Below are positions 9,615-19,246 of a DNA stretch of 64,000 nucleotides, one piece after another (within the stretch, counting starts at the first letter, position 1; every line of letters starts with the position of its first letter). This DNA is from an uncultured Fibrobacteria bacterium. Its GTDB lineage: Bacteria; Fibrobacterota; Fibrobacteria; UBA11236. Position numbers and translations under genes: made by a program. The stretch is taken from NCBI GenBank assembly GCA_963716395.1, contig OY970309.1:2281365-2345364 (forward strand), in the 5' to 3' direction. The notes under the pieces are model-generated. The model was not told the DNA's origin, ran no database searches, and saw nothing but the letters and a program-made list of their open reading frames with translations.

Positions 9615-9748
9615 GACGCGAAGAATATAACTCGCGGAATCCCCGCCTTTCCAAGGCCGCCCCGAAGGCAAAAGCCCGTTTTTTCGGTGTTTGAGGGGCT
9701 GTAGGCGGTAACCGGCGCGGAATTCCGCCTGCGGGAATGTGCGCCGCG

Positions 9749-12700
9749 TCACTTCAACAGGATCATTTTTTTGGTGGCGACGAATTTTCCCGCGATGAAG
9801 CGGTAGAAATAAGGCCCCGAAGCCGCCAATTGGCCCCGGTTGGTGGTGGCGTCCCAGGTGAGGGAGTAACGTCCGGGTTTCAGGGGATTGTCGGGCCGGA
9901 TCAAGGTTTTCACCACCCGGCCGCTGAAATCGTAGATGATGAGGCTGACGGGAGTCTCGTCTTTGAGCGCGAAGCGGATGAAGGTGACGGGATTGAACGG
10001 GTTGGGAAAATTGCCGTACAGCGCGGTTTGCAGGTTGTCGGCCGGTGCGGCTTTGACCGGGCCGTAGAACGCGGCATTGCCCTGAAAGTCGACGGCTTCG
10101 AGCAGGTATTCGTAATACGAAGGACCGTATTGGGAAAGCGGGTCGAGATAGGCGTAAGCGCGTGTGGCGCTGGAGCGGCCGTCGGGCGCGCCGGGCAGAA
10201 GGTCGGTATTGAGGCGGACGTATCCCAGGGATTTGAGCGAGTCCTCGGTAAACGACAATTCCATGGGGATGGGCAGCGAATCGCAGAGGGCGCCGGTCAA
10301 GGTATCGGGCCGGGGCAGCGTGCGGCGCCAAACGTTGTAGCCCAGGTTATCATATTCGCTTTGCGTGACCCAATTGAGGCCGCTGTGGCCGCCCGTATCG
10401 GCCGCGGTGTAAAGCAGATTCATCGTGACCGCCAAACCGTTGGCGTGGCTGATGTAAATATCCTGAATTCCTCCGGAAAAGGTGTGGTTGAATTGCAGGA
10501 CTACGTCGCTGTTGGTGTTATCGAGAGTGGCGTTGTACTGATATCCCGGCACCTGGGTTTGGTTGTTGACGATGACGTAATTGGGAATGCCGCCAAACGT
10601 CCAGCCGGTGATTTTGAACGCGGGCTTCACGCGCGGCGTGGTGGCGTCGAAACGGAAATGCGCGATGCCGCTGGAGGCGGCCTGGTACACGAAGGCGCCT
10701 TCGCCTTCGGCGAATCCGTCGCCGTTGAAATCCAGGGCGTCGCCCGTGACCAGTGAACCCGTGATGGCCGTCATGAGCTGGCTCGACACCTGCGGGCTCG
10801 ACAGGGCGGAGTCGAGGCTGGCCGAATCGGAATAATTGCGCGCGATGTCGACCATGTAATTGGTGTACACGCCGCCGGCCGATACGTTGGTTTTGGTGTA
10901 ATACCCGTTGAGCAGCAGCGCCGTTTTCGCGGTCGAATTGTCGGTGCTCGACACCGTGCTGCCGTTCATCACCACGCTGCCGCTGCCCGGTTTCACCGAC
11001 AGCATGGAAAGGCCCAGGCTGTGGAAATACAGATTCGTATTGCCGCCGAGACGGCCGGCTTTGCCCGTCGCGGCCGTATATCCCAAAACGGATTCGTTGG
11101 AGTCTTCGTTGGCCAAGCCTGTGAGCACCACCTCGGTGCCGGTGGCGTCGGCCGAGAGCGAGGTCCACTTGTGCGAAATGAAGAGTTTGCCGGTGGGGTA
11201 GATGGTGAAGGTCCGTTCCAGGGTGAGATTGGGCGATGCCACGTTCAGGGAGGCGGCATTGATCTTGACCTTGAGCCGCGTCGACGAAGAGTCGAGAATG
11301 GTATAGGTGAGGGGATTGGGCGAACTGTAGTCGTTGCCCGAGGTGTATTTGGTCGTGCTGTTATTGTCATAGCGCATGAGGTCGAGGGTGTACTGGCCCG
11401 GCCCCGTCAAGTCGGTGGCCTGGGACAGGGCCAGGTAGGGGCTGATTTCGGAACTCTTCCACGAGAAGATGCCGCCGTCGCCGTCATTGGTCGTGGTCGA
11501 CCCGTTGAGGTCGATGATGAGTTCCCATTGGTTACTGCCCGCGGCGCCGAAGACCGTATCCGGGAAGTTACGCACTTTGAGCCAATGATCGGCGGCGTCG
11601 TAGGTGGTGACCAAGGCGGGCATGAGCGACGAGGCTCCCAGGTAGCCGGTGGAGTCGTCGTCGTCGATGAACAGGTTGGCCTGGGAGGTGGTGATGGTCT
11701 TGTTGAGCTGCAAGACCAGCTTCGATCCGAAACTCGACACCGCCTGCAAAATGGTGTCGGATACGAAGTCGACCAAAGGCCGCAGGCGCGTGCCGTTGAG
11801 GTAGACGTAATTGGGCGTGCGGCCCGCGAACCAGTTGTCGATATAGAACATCGGTTGCACATGCACCTGCGGGGCGCTGTCGTTGAGGACGAGATCGACG
11901 CGGTTGTTGTTGTCGGCGCGCACGCGGTTGAGTCCATCGAGCGGGTCGAAGCCGCGGCGGTACAGCGACTGGATTTCCTCGGGCGAAAGTTCGCGCTTGT
12001 AAATGCGGATGTCGTCGAGCACGCCTTTAAAGCGGTCGACCGATCCGCTGCCGGCGTTTTCGCCGAAATGCAGATTGCTGCTGTTGGCCACGGGCGCGGC
12101 GATGGAGGTGCCGGCCGCCACGCGTATGCCGTTTACGTATCCGTAAATCTGGCCGCCGCTGGTGACCGTGAAGATGACGTAGTTCCAGGCGTTGTTGTTC
12201 AGCGCCACGGTGACCGAACCCGACCCCATGTTGAAGGTGACCTGATTTTGTCCCGACACCTTGCGCACGAAATAGCCGTTCGCGGTCGAAGTGCCCTTGT
12301 CGATGAAGTACGCCGTATTGCCCATGTTGGTGAAATCGGGATCGACCCAGAAGCACAAAGACCAGTCTTGATACCCGTCGAGGGAGTCGGCATTGCCGTT
12401 GACCGACACCACGTCGGTGGTGGCCAGGCTCAGCCCGCCGGCCCATTTGCCGGTGGTCCAGGTGCCGCCAGTCAAGGCGCCGTTGTGTTGAAAGTACACC
12501 GCCTTGTCGCGCACGGTGGTGCCCGAAGCGTCGTCCAGGGGCCAATGCCCGTACAGGGCGTCTTGCCAGGAGCGCTCGCCCCAATTTGCGCCCGTATACA
12601 CATGCAGCGGCAATGCGGCCGTGGCTTCGGTGTACAGCGACGCGGTCTTGGCATAAGTGGGCGTCTTGTCGCCGAGGTACAGCAAAAAAGATTGGGTGCG

Positions 12701-15700
12701 GATTTGATGCGGCGCGAGGGAAGCCATGGCCGTGGTTTGCCATTTGACGAAACCGCCCGATCCCGCAGCCGTGGATTGCGCCCAGGATTCGGCGGCCGCA
12801 GCGCCGGTGTCGAGCGGCAAGGTCGCCAGCACGGCCAAGCCCCGCGTCGCGGTGGTGAGATATCCGAAGCCGTTATCGCTGCCGCCGTTGCCGTAAGCTG
12901 CCGTGGCGTTGTTTACCGTGGTGGTATAGGCCACCGTATCCATCGCCACGGTGCCGGCATAGAGGTTGCGCAATTGCGACTCGACGTAGATGTGGCCCGA
13001 AGGCAGAATGGTGTAATAGACGTCGAGGTCCATACTGGCCGTCACCGCCAGCCGCTGCCACACATACGCGTAAGCCCGGTTTTTGGCCAGGAGTATAGGG
13101 GTGATGGTGTTGGAGGTTTGTGCCGAGGCCTTGTAGCTGCCGATTTGCACGTCGAAGAGCAGCGAATTTGCGGCCAGCAAATTGGTGGTGGTGTCGCCGC
13201 CGTCGTACAAGGCGTCGATGCCGCCGCCACGCGCCTTGTCGAATACGATTTTCCAGTCGGCGTTGCGCACCGTGACCGTGCTCGCGGTGGTCGACGTGAT
13301 GAGGGTGTCGAAGTTGCCGCTGGTGGTATTGCCGTATCCCGTGCCTTCGTAAACCCCGATGTCGGGCGCCGCGCCCGTCGGGCGCGCATCGCCGTACAGA
13401 TCGTGCGAGGTGGTGACGCTGTACCCGCCGCTGACCAGACTCGCGGTGCCGGCGTCGATGGCCGGCGACGTCGGCAGCAGTTTGCCGAAGTTGTAATCGC
13501 CCAAAGTGGTGGAAGCCAGCAGGGGATCTTTGATGATTTTGTTGGCATCGGTTTCGCCCGCCACTTCGTCGCCCGTGGTCACCTGCCAGAACAGATTGTT
13601 GGAGACGAGCCCGATGTCGCTGGAATACACGTTGCGGATTCCGTAATTGAAGTTGTAGAAGATGTTATTGGTGACGGTGCTGCTGGTATAAGTCGCGTTG
13701 CCGTCATAATGAAAACCTTCGGTGGCGCCGCCCGATCCGAAGAACAGGTTGTTGACGAAGTTCTGGTTGCGGCCGTTGTAGACGCTGATTCCGTAGCTTG
13801 TGGGTTGGTAGCACAAATTGTTGGCGACCAGAATGTTCTGATTGGTGGAGCTGGGAATGTGGATGCAGGTTTGGTGTTTGGTGCTCCCATTGTTGAATAT
13901 CCGGCAACCATCGACGGTGATGCCCGTGCCGTTATAGCGGATATAAATTCCGTCATAACCGTTGGTGCCCGCCTTGATGTCCAGGTTGCGCAACACAATG
14001 TTCGAGTTGGCGGCTACGGTGTAGTAATAGGTGCTGGAATTCTCGCTCACGCTGCCCGAGCCGTTAAGAGTGGGGCGGGTTTGCCCGTCGAAAGCCTGGA
14101 TGATGGTGGGCTTGGCGTTGATGGTGAAGGAATTGTCGGTGTAGGTGCCCGGCAGTACGCGTACCACCACGGTATCGTTGGCCGTGCAATTGCTCACGGC
14201 GCTGCTGATGGTGAGTTTGGGCGTGGCGGGATTCGCGGCCGTGGCGCAGGAGTTGGCGTCGGAACCGATGGCCGAGTCGACATACACGGTGTCGGCGCCG
14301 TACAGGTTCTGGAAAATGTTGGCGGTGTCGGAGGACGAAGAGTTGATGGGCGACCATTTGCCGGCCGTGTTGTGGATGGCCAGCCCGAAGTAATAGGTGT
14401 TGGGATAGGTGGCCGGAACCAAATATGTGGTGTCGGTGGTGGAAATCGCCTTGCGCGTCACCAAGGTTCCCACGCCCGCGCTGTCGGGGAAATAGGTGTT
14501 GCTGTACGCCGTCGAGGTCGCTTGGTATTTGACCCAGATGCCGATCGAGTCGGCGTTGGTCGAGTCGGTGATGCTCGCACCCCAACTGCATTGAATGCCC
14601 CCAACGGCGGCATTGCAGGTCAGCACGGCGTTGTTGTCGGGGCCGGGTCGGCTGTTCCAGAACACGTTACCCGTGGCGCGCTGGGTTTGATAGCTCAATT
14701 TGATCCAGTTAGAGTCGCGCACGGTGTTGGCGATGGCGACTTCGTCGAACTTCCCCTGGTAATACGCGTCGGCGCTCCAATTTGAATGACCCAAGAAATT
14801 GCTCGTGCGGGTGATCACATTGGGTGGCAAGGCTGAAGTTCCGCTTTGGATCAAGGAACCGTTCTTGTACATCTTGATAGCAGTTCCATTGAAGGTGACC
14901 GCGAAATGGGCCCAAACTCCCGTGGCGAGCGCGCTGGTCGCGTTGACAGCTATCCCGTCGCTCGAGCCATTGTAGACGTCCGCGCTCCAAGTAGTGCCGG
15001 TGCTATTGCGCCCCGACCAAAGGTTATCCGAATGCGTTCCATTGCCGAAGTCAAATAGCCGCGCGTAAGATCCGGTACTCGCCCAATAGGCCCAGCCGGT
15101 GTAAGTGAAGCCGTTGGACCAATCCGCAAACCCGGAGGGAGCGCTGAGGTATTTACTCACACCGTCCAAGCTATCGCAACCGGCGATGATGCCGCCGGTA
15201 TATTCGCTGCCGGTGTAATTGTTGGTGGTCAAACTCAGGCTGTTGGCCGTGGCATCAGGGCGCGACCCGGTGCCGCTGGTATTCAAATGCCAATCGGCTA
15301 CGTACCCATTCGCGGTGGAGAACACGCAGGTGCCGCATTGGCCGTCAGGCACGGTGACGCCCGAGGCCTGTTGGTAATACAAGGTGATGAAATCATGATC
15401 GCTGTTGCCGTCGATCTGGGGAACGAGTACCCATACTTCGGCGCTGTCGGGCGATGTGCTCCATCTTTCGATTTGGTAGTTCAGCCAAGTTTTGCCATCG
15501 CCGTCGAGAAAGCGAATATCCGGGGCGTTGGTCTGCACCGCCGCGGTGATGCCGCCTCCGGTGATGCGCACCAGCAAAGGGAAATTGGTCACGTTGCTGA
15601 GGACATTGGCGCCGGTTTTGGTGGTGTTGAAAATGAATTTCTTGGTGTGCTGAAAATCCGATGGGCTGGGGTTGAACAAGGGCGTGGCGTCGGTGCGCTG

Positions 15701-18700
15701 ATTCTGGTAGGCGAGTTTGATCCAGTTGGAATCGCGCACCACGTTGGACACTTCGATCTCGTCGATAACCCCGTCCCAATACCGGGAGTCGGTCGCGTCG
15801 CCGACGCGTCCGACCTGCATCACCGTGGGCGTTTTCGAGGTAAAAGCCACGCCGGATATGGTGGATGAAGCCACCATGGCCCCGTTGACGTACAGCTTGG
15901 CGGAACCGGTTCGGTCCCAGGTGGCCGCGACATGGGCCCAAGCCCCCGCCGTAGCCGTCCCTCCCGTCAAGTTTCCGGTAACGCCGTCGGTCCCATCCTG
16001 GTAACTCAGATTATAGCCCGTGCCATTGATGCCGAGATTACATTCGAGTGCATCGGTACCGTTGATACCGAGCCCGTTATAGGTTGTCGCCGTAGTCCCA
16101 TTCGATTCGTACATGGTCACCATCGTGCGAACCTGATCGGGCTTCACCCAATGCGAAATGGTGCCGGTAGTCTTGGGCCATTGCAAGGTGTGGGTGAAGT
16201 TGTCCGCTTGCGTTGCGCTTGCGTCTCCGGCAGTGCCCCCCTGGAAATCGAGGCCGCGACCAATGACTCCCGCTACGGTATGGTTGCTGGTGTTGTCGTT
16301 CGTAGTGTTGTTCTTGTAGGTGCCGTTCTGCGCAGCGACCACTTCGGAAACGGTGGCGCTTGCGGCCGTATCGTTCATATGCCACACGCCCGTGAACCCA
16401 TTCGCGGTACTGAACACGCAGGTGGCGCATTGGCCGTCAGGCGCGGTGACGCCAGACGCCTGCTGGTAATACATAGTGATGTAACTGCTGGTGCTGTTGC
16501 CCGCGATTTTGGGAACGAGCACCCAAATCTCGGCCGAATCCGTCGCCGTGGTTTTCCAGCGTTCGATTTGATAGGGCAGCCAGGTCACGCCGTCGCTGGC
16601 GAGAAAGCGAATGTCTTGCCCGGCGCTTTGGCAGGCGCCGATGATGGTCGAACCGGTGAGGCGGATCAACACAGGAAAGTTGTACACGTCGCCCGCCACA
16701 TTGGCGCCCGTCGAGGTGGTGTTGAACTTGAAAATTTTGGAATGCTGAAATGAAGCCGTGGTGACGGCTGTGGTCATGAAGGTACTGTTCGGTTTTTGGT
16801 TTTGGTAAGAGAGTTTGATGTAATTCGAGTCGAGGGCAGCGGTGGTATTGCTGAGTCGGACTTCGGAGATTTCGCCGTTGAATTGCCGGCCCGTCTGTCC
16901 CAGGTTTTCGCCGATGTAGAGATCGGCGCTATTCGTATCCACATTGCCGGTGACCGAGATTGCAGAACCGTCTTTGGATCCATCGACAAACAGTCTGACA
17001 TTCGACCCGTCATAGGTGCCGACGACATAATGCCAATTGCCGTCGGCTACGTTCACGGCGGAAGAAGAGGTACCGTACGCGATTCCACCGATGGAGATCG
17101 CGAAATAAGCCGCGTTGGAAGTGTTGTTTCGTTGCAGCCGGTAAGCATTATCGGCTTTGGTGACGATGGCCTGCCAGGTTTTGGTCCAGGCCGGTATCTT
17201 GACCCAGGTCGAAACGGCGATATTGGTGGTGAAGTTGTAATTGCTTTCCTTGGGGATGTCGATGTAATCGGTGCTGCCGTCGAATACGAGAGCCGTTTGC
17301 GTGGTGAGCCCCGCAATATTGGCCATGTTCTTGAAATAGGTGCCGTTATTGGCCAAGGCCGTGGCGTCATAGGCCTTGTCCTTGGTTCCCTCCAGATGAT
17401 AGACCGACTTGTAATTCTTCCACAGCGAATCGGGCCGCTCCTGCGGGTTGCCCGAGCAGGCGGCGCAGCCGTAATACAATTTGATGTAATCGGTCGATGA
17501 ATTGCCGTCGACTTGCGGTACCTTGACCCAGACTTTTCCGTTCTGGTTGGCTTTGTCCCATTGCACGACTTCGTGGTACAGGCGCGTACCGTCGGGGTCG
17601 ACGAAGAGAATATCTTTGGCGTCGTCGCGCACCTTGGTGAAATCGAAGTTGGAACTGGAAAGCGTCACCAGAATGGGAATGTTGGTGACATTGGCGGAAA
17701 CGTTGGCGCCGCTGGAAGTCGTATTGAAATTCAGAATAACCGAATTGGTGTAGTCGCCGCTGGCATAGCCCACGGTCACGGCTGTTGCTCCTCGCACCTG
17801 GGTTTGGTAACAGAGCTTGACCCAATCCGCGGAGCGCACCGTGGTGCTGATGCTGATTTCGTCGAGGCCGCCGTTCCAATAATTGCTGCTTAGGAATTCG
17901 CCGATGTTCAGATTTCCCGTGCCCTTGTAAACGGCGCCGGCGGTGCGGCTGTTGTTATAAACTCCGTTATAATAAAGCGTTTGCAGCTTGGAGGAACTGT
18001 TAAATGTTGCGGTCCAGTATTGCCAAACTCCCGTATTGGTGTTGGTTGCCGAAGAGTTTAAATCGTCGTTCCATAAACCCAATGTGAAATAGTCGGTATT
18101 GCGATAACCGAATTGCAGCCCGCTGTCGTTGACGCCGCCCCCTTGGCCGATGAGGAAGTTGAGGGATCCCGTGGCCGCACGGTTGACCCAACCGCTGAGG
18201 GTGAAGCTGCCGTTGGCGATATTCACATTGGCTGTGGCCGAAGGCGCGGTCAAATATTGCGTCGAGCCGTTGAAGGTTTGGCCTTGGGCGATGTCTGACC
18301 CGACCTGGGTTCCGCTGGTCATGGCCGTGCCCGTGGCCGGGCTGCGACCCACGGCATCGGCATAACCAGCGGTAGTGGTGTTGCCGACCTCGTTCAAATG
18401 CCAGTCGGCGATGAACCCGTTGTTGCTGTTGAATACCGCCTGCCCGCTGCTTAAACTCGTGGCGGTGTTTTTGCCCCAATACATGTTGAAATATTGGCTG
18501 TTGTTGTTCGCATAGACCGTATCCACCAGCACCCAGATTTCCGCCGAGTCGGCGGTATTGCTCCAGCGTTCAATCTGGTACGGCATCAAGGTTCCGTCGG
18601 CTTTGGCGAAGCGAAGGTCGCCGCCGTTGGCCTGGGCCTGCGCAAAATTGAAGTTCGAGGCGTTCAGCCGCACCAGTAGGGGAAAGCCGGTGACATTGGT

Positions 18701-19246
18701 GGTGGTATTGGCGCCCGTCGCCGTGGTGTTCACATACACCTTGGTCGTGTAGGACCAGGTCGATAACGCGGTGTTGGGGTACGAAACCGCGACTTCGCCG
18801 CTGGGCTTCTGGGTTTGATAATCGAGCTTGATTTGATCTGCACTGAGCGCGCTGTGAATGAAGCGCACTTCATCCAAAACGCCGTTGAAGAAGTAACTGG
18901 TCGGCAAAGGCGACCAGAAGGTGAGCGCATCGTATCCCGCCCGCCAGTAACCGCTGAAGTTCTGAGCCGTGGTCGTGGTGGGATCGCTGGCGACTTGCGC
19001 GCCGTCCACGAACAGCATTTCGCCGGAGCCGGAAAGCTGTGCCACCACAAAATGCCAGGCGCCATCGTTGTAGGCGGATGTGGAACTGATGATTTTATTG
19101 CCTACTCGGAGCGACGCCGAAGTTGAGCTTGCCGGTATTGTCCATCCAAACCATGCGGTCGTAATTGGCGCTGGCCCCGGTTTTCGCATCTCCGAAACCC
19201 AAAATTTTTCCGCCGGAGGTAGGTGCTGGTTTTGAACCAGGCTCAA
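9749..19246 (-). CDS. Giant secreted surface/adhesin-like protein, distal part (3165 aa). Domains: DUF2341 modules, LamG/concanavalin-like lectin domains, a parallel beta-helix (pectate-lyase-fold) region and a C-terminal T9SS-type sorting domain.
   Basis: DUF2341 modules repeat the pattern N(F/I)P(L/V)L(V/I)R(L/I)...D(I/L)RF...DG...YQIERW...AEIWVLVP...GNS...YYQ. LamG-like modules carry ...NWHYVVGTYDGSNVRLFVDGS...LDEVR(L/F)S. The beta-helix repeats include NNLFFGSGG, NNIFYNF and SNNLFWQ. The C-terminus FPNPFNPVT...IYDFSGRVVKTL...GPYFYRFIAGKFVATKKMILLK matches the Por_Secre_tail consensus. The annotated start is TTG, and the protein begins mid-LamG domain (see findings). Confidence 0.8.
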   Translation of the reverse strand: MSLVQNQHLPPAEKFWVSEMRKPGPAPITTAWFGWTIPASSTSASLRVGNKIISSTSAYNDGAWHFVVAQLSGSGEMLFVDGAQVASDPTTTTAQNFSGYWRAGYDALTFWSPLPTSYFFNGVLDEVRFIHSALSADQIKLDYQTQKPSGEVAVSYPNTALSTWSYTTKVYVNTTATGANTTTNVTGFPLLVRLNASNFNFAQAQANGGDLRFAKADGTLMPYQIERWSNTADSAEIWVLVDTVYANNNSQYFNMYWGKNTATSLSSGQAVFNSNNGFIADWHLNEVGNTTTAGYADAVGRSPATGTAMTSGTQVGSDIAQGQTFNGSTQYLTAPSATANVNIANGSFTLSGWVNRAATGSLNFLIGQGGGVNDSGLQFGYRNTDYFTLGLWNDDLNSSATNTNTGVWQYWTATFNSSSKLQTLYYNGVYNNSRTAGAVYKGTGNLNIGEFLSSNYWNGGLDEISISTTVRSADWVKLCYQTQVRGATAVTVGYASGDYTNSVILNFNTTSSGANVSANVTNIPILVTLSSSNFDFTKVRDDAKDILFVDPDGTRLYHEVVQWDKANQNGKVWVKVPQVDGNSSTDYIKLYYGCAACSGNPQERPDSLWKNYKSVYHLEGTKDKAYDATALANNGTYFKNMANIAGLTTQTALVFDGSTDYIDIPKESNYNFTTNIAVSTWVKIPAWTKTWQAIVTKADNAYRLQRNNTSNAAYFAISIGGIAYGTSSSAVNVADGNWHYVVGTYDGSNVRLFVDGSKDGSAISVTGNVDTNSADLYIGENLGQTGRQFNGEISEVRLSNTTAALDSNYIKLSYQNQKPNSTFMTTAVTTASFQHSKIFKFNTTSTGANVAGDVYNFPVLIRLTGSTIIGACQSAGQDIRFLASDGVTWLPYQIERWKTTATDSAEIWVLVPKIAGNSTSSYITMYYQQASGVTAPDGQCATCVFSTANGFTGVWHMNDTAASATVSEVVAAQNGTYKNNTTNDNTSNHTVAGVIGRGLDFQGGTAGDASATQADNFTHTLQWPKTTGTISHWVKPDQVRTMVTMYESNGTTATTYNGLGINGTDALECNLGINGTGYNLSYQDGTDGVTGNLTGGTATAGAWAHVAATWDRTGSAKLYVNGAMVASSTISGVAFTSKTPTVMQVGRVGDATDSRYWDGVIDEIEVSNVVRDSNWIKLAYQNQRTDATPLFNPSPSDFQHTKKFIFNTTKTGANVLSNVTNFPLLVRITGGGITAAVQTNAPDIRFLDGDGKTWLNYQIERWSTSPDSAEVWVLVPQIDGNSDHDFITLYYQQASGVTVPDGQCGTCVFSTANGYVADWHLNTSGTGSRPDATANSLSLTTNNYTGSEYTGGIIAGCDSLDGVSKYLSAPSGFADWSNGFTYTGWAYWASTGSYARLFDFGNGTHSDNLWSGRNSTGTTWSADVYNGSSDGIAVNATSALATGVWAHFAVTFNGTAIKMYKNGSLIQSGTSALPPNVITRTSNFLGHSNWSADAYYQGKFDEVAIANTVRDSNWIKLSYQTQRATGNVFWNSRPGPDNNAVLTCNAAVGGIQCSWGASITDSTNADSIGIWVKYQATSTAYSNTYFPDSAGVGTLVTRKAISTTDTTYLVPATYPNTYYFGLAIHNTAGKWSPINSSSSDTANIFQNLYGADTVYVDSAIGSDANSCATAANPATPKLTISSAVSNCTANDTVVVRVLPGTYTDNSFTINAKPTIIQAFDGQTRPTLNGSGSVSENSSTYYYTVAANSNIVLRNLDIKAGTNGYDGIYIRYNGTGITVDGCRIFNNGSTKHQTCIHIPSSTNQNILVANNLCYQPTSYGISVYNGRNQNFVNNLFFGSGGATEGFHYDGNATYTSSTVTNNIFYNFNYGIRNVYSSDIGLVSNNLFWQVTTGDEVAGETDANKIIKDPLLASTTLGDYNFGKLLPTSPAIDAGTASLVSGGYSVTTSHDLYGDARPTGAAPDIGVYEGTGYGNTTSGNFDTLITSTTASTVTVRNADWKIVFDKARGGGIDALYDGGDTTTNLLAANSLLFDVQIGSYKASAQTSNTITPILLAKNRAYAYVWQRLAVTASMDLDVYYTILPSGHIYVESQLRNLYAGTVAMDTVAYTTTVNNATAAYGNGGSDNGFGYLTTATRGLAVLATLPLDTGAAAAESWAQSTAAGSGGFVKWQTTAMASLAPHQIRTQSFLLYLGDKTPTYAKTASLYTEATAALPLHVYTGANWGERSWQDALYGHWPLDDASGTTVRDKAVYFQHNGALTGGTWTTGKWAGGLSLATTDVVSVNGNADSLDGYQDWSLCFWVDPDFTNMGNTAYFIDKGTSTANGYFVRKVSGQNQVTFNMGSGSVTVALNNNAWNYVIFTVTSGGQIYGYVNGIRVAAGTSIAAPVANSSNLHFGENAGSGSVDRFKGVLDDIRIYKRELSPEEIQSLYRRGFDPLDGLNRVRADNNNRVDLVLNDSAPQVHVQPMFYIDNWFAGRTPNYVYLNGTRLRPLVDFVSDTILQAVSSFGSKLVLQLNKTITTSQANLFIDDDDSTGYLGASSLMPALVTTYDAADHWLKVRNFPDTVFGAAGSNQWELIIDLNGSTTTNDGDGGIFSWKSSEISPYLALSQATDLTGPGQYTLDLMRYDNNSTTKYTSGNDYSSPNPLTYTILDSSSTRLKVKINAASLNVASPNLTLERTFTIYPTGKLFISHKWTSLSADATGTEVVLTGLANEDSNESVLGYTAATGKAGRLGGNTNLYFHSLGLSMLSVKPGSGSVVMNGSTVSSTDNSTAKTALLLNGYYTKTNVSAGGVYTNYMVDIARNYSDSASLDSALSSPQVSSQLMTAITGSLVTGDALDFNGDGFAEGEGAFVYQAASSGIAHFRFDATTPRVKPAFKITGWTFGGIPNYVIVNNQTQVPGYQYNATLDNTNSDVVLQFNHTFSGGIQDIYISHANGLAVTMNLLYTAADTGGHSGLNWVTQSEYDNLGYNVWRRTLPRPDTLTGALCDSLPIPMELSFTEDSLKSLGYVRLNTDLLPGAPDGRSSATRAYAYLDPLSQYGPSYYEYLLEAVDFQGNAAFYGPVKAAPADNLQTALYGNFPNPFNPVTFIRFALKDETPVSLIIYDFSGRVVKTLIRPDNPLKPGRYSLTWDATTNRGQLAASGPYFYRFIAGKFVATKKMILLK

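Noticed and set aside
9615-9748. Possible terminator hairpin after the giant gene (AAAAGCCCGTTTTTTCGG region)
   Set aside because: On the minus (transcribed) strand the stem is weak (3-5 bp) and not followed by a proper U-tract. It is not convincing as an intrinsic terminator.
8523-10331. Full 602-aa extent of the cNMP-binding ORF as given in the track
   Set aside because: The first ~240 residues are Arg/Pro-rich and overlap the 3' end of the giant gene on the same strand. The real gene most likely starts at an internal ATG (about 9614 or later).
11021-14785. 1254-aa plus-strand ORF (plus many shorter ones, e.g. 9737..10756, 15287..15868, 15932..16753, 16796..17500, 19970..20569, 20512..21336) opposite the giant adhesin gene
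   Set aside because: Gly/Arg/Val/Ala-rich composition with no motifs. These are typical antisense open frames of a high-GC gene, and the minus-strand protein has clear domain structure.
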